Translations under genes and position numbers: made by a program
Shown: in pieces, positions 42,995 to 52,551 of the stretch
Position numbering within the stretch: the first letter of the stretch is position 1
Layout of the letters: every line of letters starts with the position of its first letter
Assembly (NCBI GenBank): GCA_048937405.1
Contig: JBHLNF010000004.1
Span: 96,001 to 160,000 of the forward strand
Direction: 5' to 3'
DNA from: Promethearchaeota archaeon
GTDB taxonomy: Archaea > Asgardarchaeota > Lokiarchaeia > Sigyniarchaeales > SOKP01
Length of the DNA: 64,000 nucleotides
Notes under the pieces: generated by a model
Told to the model about the DNA's origin: nothing
Databases searched by the model: none
The model's input: the letters and a program-made list of their open reading frames with translations, nothing else

Positions 42995-44566
42995 TTAAAA
43001 GTTATGAACATTGTTTATTGTATTATTAATATTTTTAACCATATCTAAAGCTGTAAAACGAGACCCTATAGTATTTTTGCAATTTTCACCTATTAAACCA
43101 TTAAGAAAAGCTGCTGAGCATGCAGACTGAAAAGAATTATTTTTTGTAGCAATAAAGCAAGCACTTAATCCTGCCAATACATCACCTGTTCCTCCAATAC
43201 TCATTTCAGGGCATCCAGTTTTGTTAATCTTTATTTGCTTTCCATTAGAAATGTAATCATAGGGGCCTTTTAAAAGCAAAGTCAGGTCAAGATTTTTAGC
43301 TAAATCAAGTATAATTTTACTTCTATCGACTATATTGTTATGGGGGGGTAATTCCATGCCTGTCATAATTCTTAATTCTCCTTCATGAGGTGTTAATATT
43401 ACAGGTAAGCTTTTAATTAATGCAAGATGATTCTTCATCAATTTTAAAGCATCAGCATCAAGTATAAATGGTTTTTTATGTTCTTTTAAAATTTTGAGTA
43501 ATTCTATCAATAAGTTTTCAGTTTCTTTTTCTATTCCTAAACCAGGACCTATTAATATTGAATCTGCCCACCTTATTAATTCTCTCAGATCATCTAAAGC
43601 TTCTGTATTTAACCAATTTCCTTTACTTGATCTCACTATCATATTAGGTGAATAATTTCTGAGAACATTTGCAATTATTTCTGGTACATATGTTATAACT
43701 AGATCAATTCCAAAATTAATTCCTGTTAATGAAGCATAAGCTGGGGCTCCAGAGTAATTTTTAGAACCTCCAACTATCAAAATCTTTCCAAATTCCCCTT
43801 TATGAACATCATTTTTCCTTTTTTTTAAGGTTGGTAATAAATCACCCCTCCCAACAAAAAGATTTGCTTCTGGAGGAATTCCAATAGACTTTTCTATTAT
43901 TTCGTTAATATGGTCATTGCTGCAAGACAAACCCATTTTTCTTTTATGAAAAGTAATTACCAAGTCTGCATAAACCGCCTTATCAGAAACAACTCCAGTA
44001 TTAGGATCTACTCCTGATGGTACATCAATTGAAACTACTGTCTTTTTTCCATTCTCTACTTTTTTAATATTATTTATTAAATCTATAGCAGACGCAATAG
44101 GCTCTCTAATTTTTCCTTGTATTCCAGTTCCTAACAAGGCATCAACAATTACTTGATACGTTTTATCTTCTTTAATTTTATTACCTATGTCAACTAAATC
44201 TGTGGAATCCTTCGCTATTTCTACTTCTATAATATAATTAAGGTTGTTAAAAATTATATTCCAGTTTAATTGAGCCTCTTTTGTTCGAATATTATTTGGA
44301 TTACCAACTAAAACAACTAAAACTTTGACACCACGAGAACTTAAATGTCTAGCAACAACAAATCCATCTCCTCCATTATTTCCAGTTCCACAAAAAATTA
44401 CTGTTTTTTTGTTAGGTTCTACATAGCCACGATTCATAATTTTTGCGGCAACAGAATAACCAGCACATTCCATTAAATGACTTTTTGGGATTCCAAGCCA
44501 CTCTGAGTTATTATCTAAAATTGCCATTTCTTCAGATGTTATCTTTTCAGAATTTAATTCTTTCAT
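42995..44566 (-). CDS. nnr: Bifunctional NAD(P)H-hydrate epimerase/dehydratase
   Basis: GNNGGDG, DALLGTG, DVPSG, HKG, GPGLG, DADAL, TPHEGE, GGTGDVLAG. Confidence 0.95.
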   Translation of the reverse strand: MKELNSEKITSEEMAILDNNSEWLGIPKSHLMECAGYSVAAKIMNRGYVEPNKKTVIFCGTGNNGGDGFVVARHLSSRGVKVLVVLVGNPNNIRTKEAQLNWNIIFNNLNYIIEVEIAKDSTDLVDIGNKIKEDKTYQVIVDALLGTGIQGKIREPIASAIDLINNIKKVENGKKTVVSIDVPSGVDPNTGVVSDKAVYADLVITFHKRKMGLSCSNDHINEIIEKSIGIPPEANLFVGRGDLLPTLKKRKNDVHKGEFGKILIVGGSKNYSGAPAYASLTGINFGIDLVITYVPEIIANVLRNYSPNMIVRSSKGNWLNTEALDDLRELIRWADSILIGPGLGIEKETENLLIELLKILKEHKKPFILDADALKLMKNHLALIKSLPVILTPHEGELRIMTGMELPPHNNIVDRSKIILDLAKNLDLTLLLKGPYDYISNGKQIKINKTGCPEMSIGGTGDVLAGLSACFIATKNNSFQSACSAAFLNGLIGENCKNTIGSRFTALDMVKNINNTINNVHNF

Positions 44567-44699
44567 AACAATTTAATTTAAGATTAGACATAATAAATTT
44601 TTTAGTTTAATACTAATTTTTAATTGATTAACAACTTCATAATTCAAACCAAATCCTATTGAATTTAAGTTTTAAAAAATAAAAAAATTCTTTAAGAAA

Positions 44700-45509
44700 A
44701 TGAATGAAGATCTAGAAAAATATCAGATTTATGGTAAAAAATTTGAGGAATTTTTGCGTCCATCATCATTTCCAATAGCTATTAAACTTCTAAAGGATGA
44801 ATCAGAAATTCCCTCTTATTGTAAAAGACCAAAATCAGATTTGAATATTCAGACTTTTATATGTCAAATCTATAGGATGGTCCGAAGTTATGGATGGACC
44901 ATGGCAATGACGGAGGAGGATTGTGCTTGTAAATTAGCAAGAGGTATATACGGGTGGGATCCTATGACAGAAGAAGAAAAATCTTTTGGTAATCAGTTCA
45001 GTCTTGGACTTTATGCAAAAGATTTAGAGACTGCGAAAAAATGGCAAGATAAAATGTATTTGTCCAAAGAAAACTATGTAGGATTTATTATTTCACCTTT
45101 GACAAGAACTAAAATTGAACCTGATGTTGTACAAATTTATTGTAATCCTGCGCAGGCTATGAGGTTAATACAAGGTTATCTTTATAATAAAGGGGGGGTC
45201 CTTGAATTCACATCTGGAGGGAGGGGGGCGTCTTGTCATGAAGGAATTATTAAAACTGTCCAAACGGATGAACCACAATTAGTTATTCTTGGAAATGGTG
45301 ATCGTATTTGGGGTGGAGCTGATGATTCAGAACTTATGTTTTCAATTCCTAAAAGTAAATTAGAACTTGTTCTAGATGGATTAGAAGCAACTCATAAAGC
45401 TGGGTTGAGATATCCAATCCCGAAATATATGAATTATAATCCAGGATTTCAAACTAAATTTGAACAAAAAGCGATAGAACGAGCAGGAGGAACCATTAGA
45501 AAAGAATAA
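44700..45509 (+). CDS. DUF169 family protein
   Basis: PIAIK, CQ...R..G, C..G, PDVV..Y.NPAQAMRL, C, GDR. Confidence 0.8.
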   Translation: MNEDLEKYQIYGKKFEEFLRPSSFPIAIKLLKDESEIPSYCKRPKSDLNIQTFICQIYRMVRSYGWTMAMTEEDCACKLARGIYGWDPMTEEEKSFGNQFSLGLYAKDLETAKKWQDKMYLSKENYVGFIISPLTRTKIEPDVVQIYCNPAQAMRLIQGYLYNKGGVLEFTSGGRGASCHEGIIKTVQTDEPQLVILGNGDRIWGGADDSELMFSIPKSKLELVLDGLEATHKAGLRYPIPKYMNYNPGFQTKFEQKAIERAGGTIRKE

Positions 45510-45570
45510 TCACACTTAACTATCCCAGAATTTAATTCAATGAGTTAAATGAAATGAAAAAAAGTTAAAG

Positions 45571-45708
45571 TGCCGGTGGAGGGATTCGAGCCCTCGAACC
45601 TCCAGAATACATCCAGTCTGACCCATTTTTTCAGAAGGATTATGAGTCTGGCGCATATTAAACATACAAATAGTATTTATGTTTTATAACCAACTAAGCC
45701 ACACCGGC
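45571..45708 (-). tRNA. tRNA-Met(CAT), probably elongator, with two introns (45655-45684 at 23/24; 45607-45639 at 38/39 or 37/38)
   Basis: GCCGGTG/CACCGGC acceptor, CCAGA/TCTGG anticodon stem, GAGGG/CCCTC T-stem; 75 nt after removing both introns. Confidence 0.85.
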
Positions 45709-45721
45709 AGTTTTGCTTTAA

Positions 45722-45827
45722 TGGAGCCTCAAGGGGGCTTATCATTTTCGAGCTAGATGCTCGTATATTATGATCCCCCGACCTTTGCCTTACCAAGGCA
45801 ACGCTCTACCGACTGAGCTATTGAGGC
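45722..45827 (-). tRNA. tRNA-Thr(GGT) with T-loop intron (45739-45768, 59/60) and encoded CCA
   Basis: GCCTCAA/TTGAGGC acceptor, GCTC/GAGC D-stem, TTGCC/GGCAA anticodon stem, U73, CCA; BHB around the intron. Confidence 0.9.
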
Positions 45828-46222
45828 ACCTTTTTTTAGAACCTATGCTACAAAAATTAATTATTCCTGAATTAAAAATTTTTTTACATGATAATTGTAT
45901 TAATAAAAAGAGCATAGCTAATACAATAGATGTACGGATGGAAATTTCTTAATCACAATATTTGAAAAAAAAAAAATTTGGATTAAAGTTATTTTTGATA
46001 AATTACTTACTTATTTAGTCGTTATTATTATTTATCTATTGGATAATTTTACTCAGTTTAATACTATTTTGATTTAACCAAAGTTTTAAATATAATAGTT
46101 GTTGAAACTACATAGTACATATTTCAATAGAAATATGTATACCATTAAAATATATATCCATTGAATGGATACTTATTTCAGAACAGATGAGTTTAGGAAT
46201 AATTTCAATTAAGTAAGAAAAA

Positions 46223-47626
46223 ATGAAGATTCTATTAATATATCCTCCCTTTCAAGCTGGAAAAGGTATGGGACAGGTGATGTGCAGTCCTCCGCTTTCA
46301 TTGTTGACTTTAGCTGGAGCGGTTAAAGATCTTGATCATGAAATTGAAATACTTGACTTAAATAGTGATTATTCTTACGGAATTAAGAAAATTCAACAGA
46401 AAATTAAGCAATATGATATGATTGGAATCACTTGTATGACAAATACTTTTAAAGTAGTATTAAATATTTGTAAAATTGCTAAAAAGTGTGGAGTTAAAAC
46501 TCTATTGGGTGGGTTTCATCCGACTCTACAACCAGATATTATTGAAAAATTTGATTGTATTGACATGATTTGTAGGGGGGAAGGAGAAGAAACATTCAGA
46601 GAATTATTAGATGACAAACCGATAGATAAGATTTTAGGATTATCTTATCGAGACAACGGAAAAGTATTTCATAATCCAGATCGAAAATTAATTAAAAATT
46701 TAGATAATTTATCTTATCCATATAATAGACTTATTCCTTCTGATTCTTATCATTATTTATGGGTAAAAGCTTGGGTTGTTGAATCAAGCAGAGGATGCCC
46801 TTTTAGCTGCAATTTTTGTTGTGTAACTAAATTTCATAAAGGCAAATATAGAGTAAAATCACCCCAGAGAGTAATTAAAGAGCTTTTAAATGTGCCTAAT
46901 AATGTTAAATTAATATTTTTTGTAGATGATAATTTTTCGCTAAACTATAAGCGTGTTCTTCACATCTGTGAATTAATAAGAAAAAATAAACTTCATAAAC
47001 GATTTATGTTTGTTTGCCAAAGTCGAGTTGATGATTTAGCAAATAATCCTGATATGGTTAAAGAGATGGCAAAAGCAGGATTTATCTGTGTCTTTCTTGG
47101 TATCGAATCTACAAAACAAATGAGTTTGAATCGAATGAATAAGCAATACACTCTTGATAAATTGCATAAATGCATTAGTCTTTGTCATAAAAACGGAATA
47201 ATTATTTTTGGCTCTTTTATAATCGGTAATTTAGGAGAAAATTCTGAGGATGTATGGAAAACCCTTCATATGATGAAAAAACTTGATATTGACCTTATGA
47301 TGACTAATCCAATTACACCATTTCCAAATACACCTCTCTATGATGATGCTGTTGCTAATAATTGGATACCTAAGGACTTTAGATGGGAAAAATGGGATTT
47401 AACCGCTGTAATGGATACACCTGATATGTCGAGATTGGAAATACAAGAGTTAGTTGATGAAAGTTATTTTTTCTTCTATAAGGATATTCGCTATTTTTTA
47501 ATTGGAAAACGATTACTGAGAGTATTCAACCCAAAATATTGGTGGTTAAGAAAAGTTGTTTTTTCATTTATAACCAAAGGATTGACAAAATTCGTATTAC
47601 AATTAGATTATAATGTAATAGAGTAA
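46223..47626 (+). CDS. B12-binding domain radical SAM protein
   Basis: PPLSL, GGFHPT, GEGE, SRGCPFSCNFC, DDNF, GIES. Confidence 0.92.
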   Translation: MKILLIYPPFQAGKGMGQVMCSPPLSLLTLAGAVKDLDHEIEILDLNSDYSYGIKKIQQKIKQYDMIGITCMTNTFKVVLNICKIAKKCGVKTLLGGFHPTLQPDIIEKFDCIDMICRGEGEETFRELLDDKPIDKILGLSYRDNGKVFHNPDRKLIKNLDNLSYPYNRLIPSDSYHYLWVKAWVVESSRGCPFSCNFCCVTKFHKGKYRVKSPQRVIKELLNVPNNVKLIFFVDDNFSLNYKRVLHICELIRKNKLHKRFMFVCQSRVDDLANNPDMVKEMAKAGFICVFLGIESTKQMSLNRMNKQYTLDKLHKCISLCHKNGIIIFGSFIIGNLGENSEDVWKTLHMMKKLDIDLMMTNPITPFPNTPLYDDAVANNWIPKDFRWEKWDLTAVMDTPDMSRLEIQELVDESYFFFYKDIRYFLIGKRLLRVFNPKYWWLRKVVFSFITKGLTKFVLQLDYNVIE

Positions 47627-47645
47627 AAAAAGATAATTCCTTTGA

Positions 47646-48323
47646 TTATAGTACAGCAGTAAATAACACTCCTAATGTAATGTAAAACTGAGCCATTATA
47701 TATGTTGTCATAATGATAAACCGTGCGTTTGTAAATTCACCTGTCCATTTATTTGTTGCTATACAAGCATCAGAAAAAATGAACGATACTGAACCAGCAT
47801 ATACTAATATAAATGGCAATCCTGAAAATTCTGCCAATCTTAAAATAGCGGCAATGTGCATTAATAAAATCGCTACTAGGTATACCAATACAGGAATCTT
47901 CATATCTTCAGTTTTATTAATGAATCTTGGAACTGTGAATATAAGAATTAATATTGCAGGTCCTAGTAAGAACAATCCCCATGTATCGAAATTCGTAATA
48001 TCAGAGATTGACAAGAAAAATGATATTATATAGAAGATCTGGTTAAGTAAAAACGCAATCATTCCAAATAAAAACCATTTTTCTTCATTCTCAAACATTA
48101 AGAAAATATCTCCCGCACATCCACCAATCAATGCCATAACAATCAACCAATCTACTCGATCTATTGAAGCACCTTCAATTACTCCAAAAATATAAAATAA
48201 GATTAACAATGGCATTAAGAATGGCTTGGTTATATATACAATATTCTGATTATTTTTGAATTCAGCAAACACTTCTACTACAGCAATAATGAAGAATAAA
48301 ATTAAAAAGATGTATTCAATCAT
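47646..48323 (-). CDS. YhhN/TMEM86 lysoplasmalogenase-family membrane protein
   Basis: TKPFLMP, GDIFL, F..G..AF, PVLVY, FSD, TY..AQ. Confidence 0.85.
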   Translation of the reverse strand: MIEYIFLILFFIIAVVEVFAEFKNNQNIVYITKPFLMPLLILFYIFGVIEGASIDRVDWLIVMALIGGCAGDIFLMFENEEKWFLFGMIAFLLNQIFYIISFFLSISDITNFDTWGLFLLGPAILILIFTVPRFINKTEDMKIPVLVYLVAILLMHIAAILRLAEFSGLPFILVYAGSVSFIFSDACIATNKWTGEFTNARFIIMTTYIMAQFYITLGVLFTAVL

Positions 48324-48531
48324 AGTTTTTCACTAAAAGACATAAAAAATAGTAATTTTGAATTAATTAATATAGATTTTAATATTTTTTGGTTAATCTA
48401 TACAGAAATGAGTTATCAAAACCTATTTAGCAATTTCAATGAAAAAATTAATTCTGTAATTAAAAACAACACATCATAAATTATTATTCACAAATAACAT
48501 CAAATCAATTGATCTATTCATCAAAAAGCTT

Positions 48532-49797
48532 TCAAATTTTAAAAGCCCATTCTCCATTTCGCATTATCGGTTCAACTTTACCTTCTTCTGTAATTCCATC
48601 AATATTCATCTCTTCTGAGCCAATCATCATATCGATATGGATTGTGCTGTCATTTCCTCCTGCAGACTCGAATTCTTCATCAGTCATATCATTACCATTT
48701 TTTATGGATGGTCGATATGCACTACCAAGAGCGATATGATTTGAAGCATTTTCATCGATTAATAAATTATAAAAAACCATTCCCCGCTTTGACACGGGAG
48801 AACTATGAGGCACTAAAGCAATTTCTCCCAATCTTCGAGCTCCATTATCAAAATTAATTATTGAATTTATAGTTTGCTCACCAACTTTGGCACTTGCCTT
48901 AATGACCTGTCCCTTTGAAAATTGAAAAGTAGCATCCTCAATAACCTGACCTTCAATTATTAATGGTTTAGTAATTTTAACGTTCCCATCGACTTTATCA
49001 CGATGAGGGAGGGTAAATACCTCTTCAGTAGGCAAATTTGCTGTAAAGCTAATACCTTTTTGTGATACTTCATTCCCTCCTTGCCAGATATGGTCTTTTG
49101 GTAACCCAATAGTGAGATCTGTTTCTGGAGAAGTTAATCTTAGTTCTTTGTATTGCTTCTTATTTAGATAAATACTTCGTTTAAGTAGATAATCATTATG
49201 AGTTCGCCAAGCAGAAATAGGATCATCTTCAGTTATTCGACAAATTTCAAAGATGATCTCCCATAACTTTTGAACTCTTTCAGTTGACTTTTTATTTGGA
49301 AATAATTTTTCTGCCCATGCTACAGTTGGTATTGAGATAACTGACCAATTTAAAGCATTCTTAACAAGTGATTTTGAGACTGGTTGAAGATTTTTATTTA
49401 AAAATAATTGAAATTTTAAAATTGAACTTCGATCCACATCTTTCAGTAAATCAGGATTAGGACAAAAAATAATAAGATTGGCATCTCCCGCTTTAGAAAT
49501 ATCAAGCCTTGCATCAATTTTCCATTTTGGATATTCTCTAAGAAGTTTTTTTCGACTATGTTGAAGTCGAATCAAACGTAATTGCTCATCAGCCCATATT
49601 ACATCAACTAATCTTGCACCCATTTGATATGCTTTTTTTGCAATTATTCGAACTAAAGGTGCTGCCTCAAAAGGAACACCATCACTGAATGAAATAGGAC
49701 CTCCGATAAGTAAGCGTTGCTTTGGCTGCAAATTTAAACCAACCTTTAATATTACTTCAGCATATTTCTCTAAATTCTCTTCGAATCTGGTAGACAT
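48532..49797 (-). CDS. M29 aminopeptidase (AmpS/T/II)
   Basis: ANLPTEEVFT, LGEIAL, DENASNHIALG, HIDMMIG. Confidence 0.93.
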   Translation of the reverse strand: MSTRFEENLEKYAEVILKVGLNLQPKQRLLIGGPISFSDGVPFEAAPLVRIIAKKAYQMGARLVDVIWADEQLRLIRLQHSRKKLLREYPKWKIDARLDISKAGDANLIIFCPNPDLLKDVDRSSILKFQLFLNKNLQPVSKSLVKNALNWSVISIPTVAWAEKLFPNKKSTERVQKLWEIIFEICRITEDDPISAWRTHNDYLLKRSIYLNKKQYKELRLTSPETDLTIGLPKDHIWQGGNEVSQKGISFTANLPTEEVFTLPHRDKVDGNVKITKPLIIEGQVIEDATFQFSKGQVIKASAKVGEQTINSIINFDNGARRLGEIALVPHSSPVSKRGMVFYNLLIDENASNHIALGSAYRPSIKNGNDMTDEEFESAGGNDSTIHIDMMIGSEEMNIDGITEEGKVEPIMRNGEWAFKI

Positions 49798-50144
49798 CAG
49801 ATTTCAACTATTATTTTTTTAATAATTTCGCTAAATTTATTGTTCCACCTTTTATAAAAATTGTGACTTTGATGTTAACATTCAATTAGAATCCTATTTT
49901 GAGATATTAATCTGTTTAGTCAATTTTATTATTTTTATACTAAGCAAACACTTTTAATACTACCACAATAAGCAATAAAACTAAAAGAATGTATTCGATC
50001 ATAACTTCTCATTATAGTGATCTTTTGTTTAGTAAAATTCTATTAATTTAGATCTGATTAAATAATTTTGGAACAATAAGTTAAAAACTAAATATTTTTG
50101 AGTTCCAAGTTTAATTCCAAAAGATTTATATATGAAAAAAGATA

Positions 50145-50192
50145 TTTGTTCTATATTGAACGTTCGATATCGAACATTCGAAATAGAACAAA
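50145..50192. promoter_or_regulatory. 48-bp imperfect palindrome, probable MarR operator downstream of a TATA-like box (50125-50132)
   Basis: 21 of 24 symmetric positions pair around GTTCGATATCGAAC; upstream of a MarR-containing operon. Confidence 0.7.
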
Positions 50193-50350
50193 AAATAACA
50201 CAAATAAAAATTAAGCAAAAAGTATGGAAACAATGTCATTTCGTATTGGAATTAATCATTATATTTACTATAATGGACCAATTACCCAAAATAATGCCAA
50301 ATATAAAAAGAAAAATCCTATTGAAATAAAAAGCACAAAAATATATAATA

Positions 50351-50932
50351 TTGGTGAAAAAAATGAATAAAGTCAAAACTGGTTGGAAATTACCATTATT
50401 GCCCCTACCAGTTTGCCTATTAGGAGCCCATGTAAATGGTAAACCAAATTTTAATACAATTATATGGTTTAACATGTTAAACGATAATCCACCTCTAATT
50501 GGTGTTGCAATGAGAAGAACACACTATACTAATCAAGGTGTTAAGCAAAACAGATCTTTTAGTATTAATCTCCCTACTAGTAACATGGTTGTTGTAACAG
50601 ATTATTGTGGTTTACATTCTGGTTCTAAGATTGATAAATCCAATGAATTTGAGCTCTTTTATGGAGAGCTTAAGACAGCTCCGATGATTAAGGAATGTGG
50701 TATAAATATTGAATGCAAGCTAATTAACACAATAGAATTCAAATATGATGATTTATTTATTGGAGAAATTATTGAAATCTATTCTGATGAAAAATACGTG
50801 AAGGATAAGAAGCCAAAAGCAAACAAATTCGATTCATTTATCTGTTTAATGCCTAATGGTCCATATTTCAAAATTGGGGATTATTTAGCAGAAGCCTATG
50901 AAGTAGGAAGAAGTTATAAACCTAAAAAATAA
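50351..50932 (+). CDS. Flavin reductase (flavoredoxin-like) family protein (likely start 50363)
   Basis: PLPVCLLG, FSINLP, DYCGLHSG, APMIKEC, LFIGEI. Confidence 0.9.
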   Translation: MVKKMNKVKTGWKLPLLPLPVCLLGAHVNGKPNFNTIIWFNMLNDNPPLIGVAMRRTHYTNQGVKQNRSFSINLPTSNMVVVTDYCGLHSGSKIDKSNEFELFYGELKTAPMIKECGINIECKLINTIEFKYDDLFIGEIIEIYSDEKYVKDKKPKANKFDSFICLMPNGPYFKIGDYLAEAYEVGRSYKPKK

Positions 50933-50988
50933 AAATTTTTTTTATTATTTAATCAAAATTAGATATAATTCAAAAGAGCTATAATAAA

Positions 50989-51327
50989 ATGGAAAAATCA
51001 ATTGCATATTGCGGGATTAATTGTACTGAGTGTCAAGCATATTTAGCAACCCAAAAAAATGATATTGAAGAAATCAAAGAGGTAGCAAAAGATTGGTCGA
51101 GTGAATCAATGTCATTTAAACCAGAAGATATTTATTGTGATAGTTGCAAACAGAATGATAGAATATTTAGTTGGTGTAAAGATTGTACAATAAAGAGTTG
51201 TTGTATTGGGAAAGGATTTGAAAATTGTGCATATTGTGAGGATTATTTTTGTAACAACTTAAAGATGACTTTTGATAGAACTCCATCAGCTAAAGAAAGA
51301 CTAGATCAAATCTGGAAATATCTATGA
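50989..51327 (+). CDS. DUF3795 Cys-rich protein
   Basis: YCGINCTEC, CDSC, C..C.IK.C, CAYC...C. Confidence 0.85.
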   Translation: MEKSIAYCGINCTECQAYLATQKNDIEEIKEVAKDWSSESMSFKPEDIYCDSCKQNDRIFSWCKDCTIKSCCIGKGFENCAYCEDYFCNNLKMTFDRTPSAKERLDQIWKYL

Positions 51328-51352
51328 GATATTTGATAGAGAGAATTTAGAG

Positions 51353-51832
51353 ATGAAAAATATGGAATTAGAAGAAGCAAAAAAATTAAGTTTGGAATTA
51401 ATGCACTATTCCAAAGCGGTATATTTAACCACAATTAACTCTAAAGGATATCCAATAACTAGAGCAATGTTTAATTTAAGAAACAAGGAGCAATTTCCTG
51501 AATTTTCAGAGTTCTTTAAAGAATTAGATAATCAATTTGATGTATTTATTTCAACAAATACGTCATCCTCTAAAATTGCTCATATTAAAAAAGATCCTAA
51601 GGTTTCAGTTTATTACTGTGATCCAGAAGAATTTAAAGGAGTGATGTTTGGAGGTGAAATTGATTTTATTAATGATATGAATATAAAGAAAAAATTATGG
51701 TTAGATTGGTGGACCAAATATTATCTTAAAGGTCTAAACGATCCAGATTATTCATTGCTCCGATTAAAACCAAAAATAGCACATTTCTATTATAGATTAC
51801 AAAAAATTCAGTTTAAACCCGGTGAAGTTTAA
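51353..51832 (+). CDS. Pyridoxamine 5'-phosphate oxidase-like FMN-binding protein
   Basis: YLTTINSKGYP, STNTSSSK...I..DPKVSVY, DPDY. Confidence 0.85.
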   Translation: MKNMELEEAKKLSLELMHYSKAVYLTTINSKGYPITRAMFNLRNKEQFPEFSEFFKELDNQFDVFISTNTSSSKIAHIKKDPKVSVYYCDPEEFKGVMFGGEIDFINDMNIKKKLWLDWWTKYYLKGLNDPDYSLLRLKPKIAHFYYRLQKIQFKPGEV

Positions 51833-52293
51833 TGGAAAAATTAAGGGAAGGAGGTTTTTTAATCACAAAGATCCGTCAGCTTTCTCAAAGAATTTTTGAT
51901 AAATTATTAAAAGATTATAATATGAATGAAATCAGTGCTGCTCAAGGTAGAGTTATGTTTCCACTTTGGCAAAAAGACAATATTTCCTTCCAAGAACTTA
52001 AAAAAAAAGCTCTGTTGAGTAAAGCAACCCTTTCATATATGTTAGACAAACTTGAAGAAGCTGGTCATATTAAACGAATTCGCAGTGAAGAAGATAAGCG
52101 GACTATCAATATAAAATTAACAAAAAAAGATAAAGCATTACAGGAGAAATTTCTTCAAGTATCTTATAAGATGAATGAAATTTTTTATAAGGATTTTTCT
52201 GAGAAGGAAATAAATGAATTTGAAGGCTATTTAAGAAGACTTTTGGATTCCTTAATACAAATTAGCAAGGAAAATAAGTTGAAGAATGTTTAA
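51832..52293 (+). CDS. MarR family transcriptional regulator
   Basis: QGRVMF.LW, SKATLS.MLDKLE..G.I.R....DKR. Confidence 0.92.
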   Translation: MEKLREGGFLITKIRQLSQRIFDKLLKDYNMNEISAAQGRVMFPLWQKDNISFQELKKKALLSKATLSYMLDKLEEAGHIKRIRSEEDKRTINIKLTKKDKALQEKFLQVSYKMNEIFYKDFSEKEINEFEGYLRRLLDSLIQISKENKLKNV

Positions 52294-52300
52294 TTTTTTT

Positions 52301-52549
52301 TTAATCTCTTTTTATCGATTTAATTATCATCAATAAGTAACAGTAAGAACAATAAAATTTTATTTCAGGATTCTTCCAAATTGTTGTTATAGGAGTCTTG
52401 AATAATTCTGGATATTTCTTTATAACATCTTCATATAAATATTCTTTTTTACAATTTCCACAATACCTTTTAGAAAGATTTTGCGCTTTAATTTTATTTT
52501 CTCTACAAATATATTTGAATTCTCCTGAATTGACATTAATTTTTGACAT
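52301..52549 (-). CDS. Small CxxC...CxxC zinc-binding protein
   Basis: CGNC and CSYC; begins 2 bp after the carbonic anhydrase stop. Confidence 0.65.
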   Translation of the reverse strand: MSKINVNSGEFKYICRENKIKAQNLSKRYCGNCKKEYLYEDVIKKYPELFKTPITTIWKNPEIKFYCSYCYLLMIIKSIKRD

Positions 52550-52551
52550 TC

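Noticed and set aside
45571-45827. tRNA-targeted integrated element
   Set aside because: No integrase and no duplicated tRNA end seen in the window
45770-45952. 60-aa ORF in the track
   Set aside because: Antisense to tRNA-Thr; spurious
50132-50475. Short ORFs 50132..50329 and 50236..50475
   Set aside because: Overlap the operator or leader, or are antisense to the flavin reductase; no coding signal
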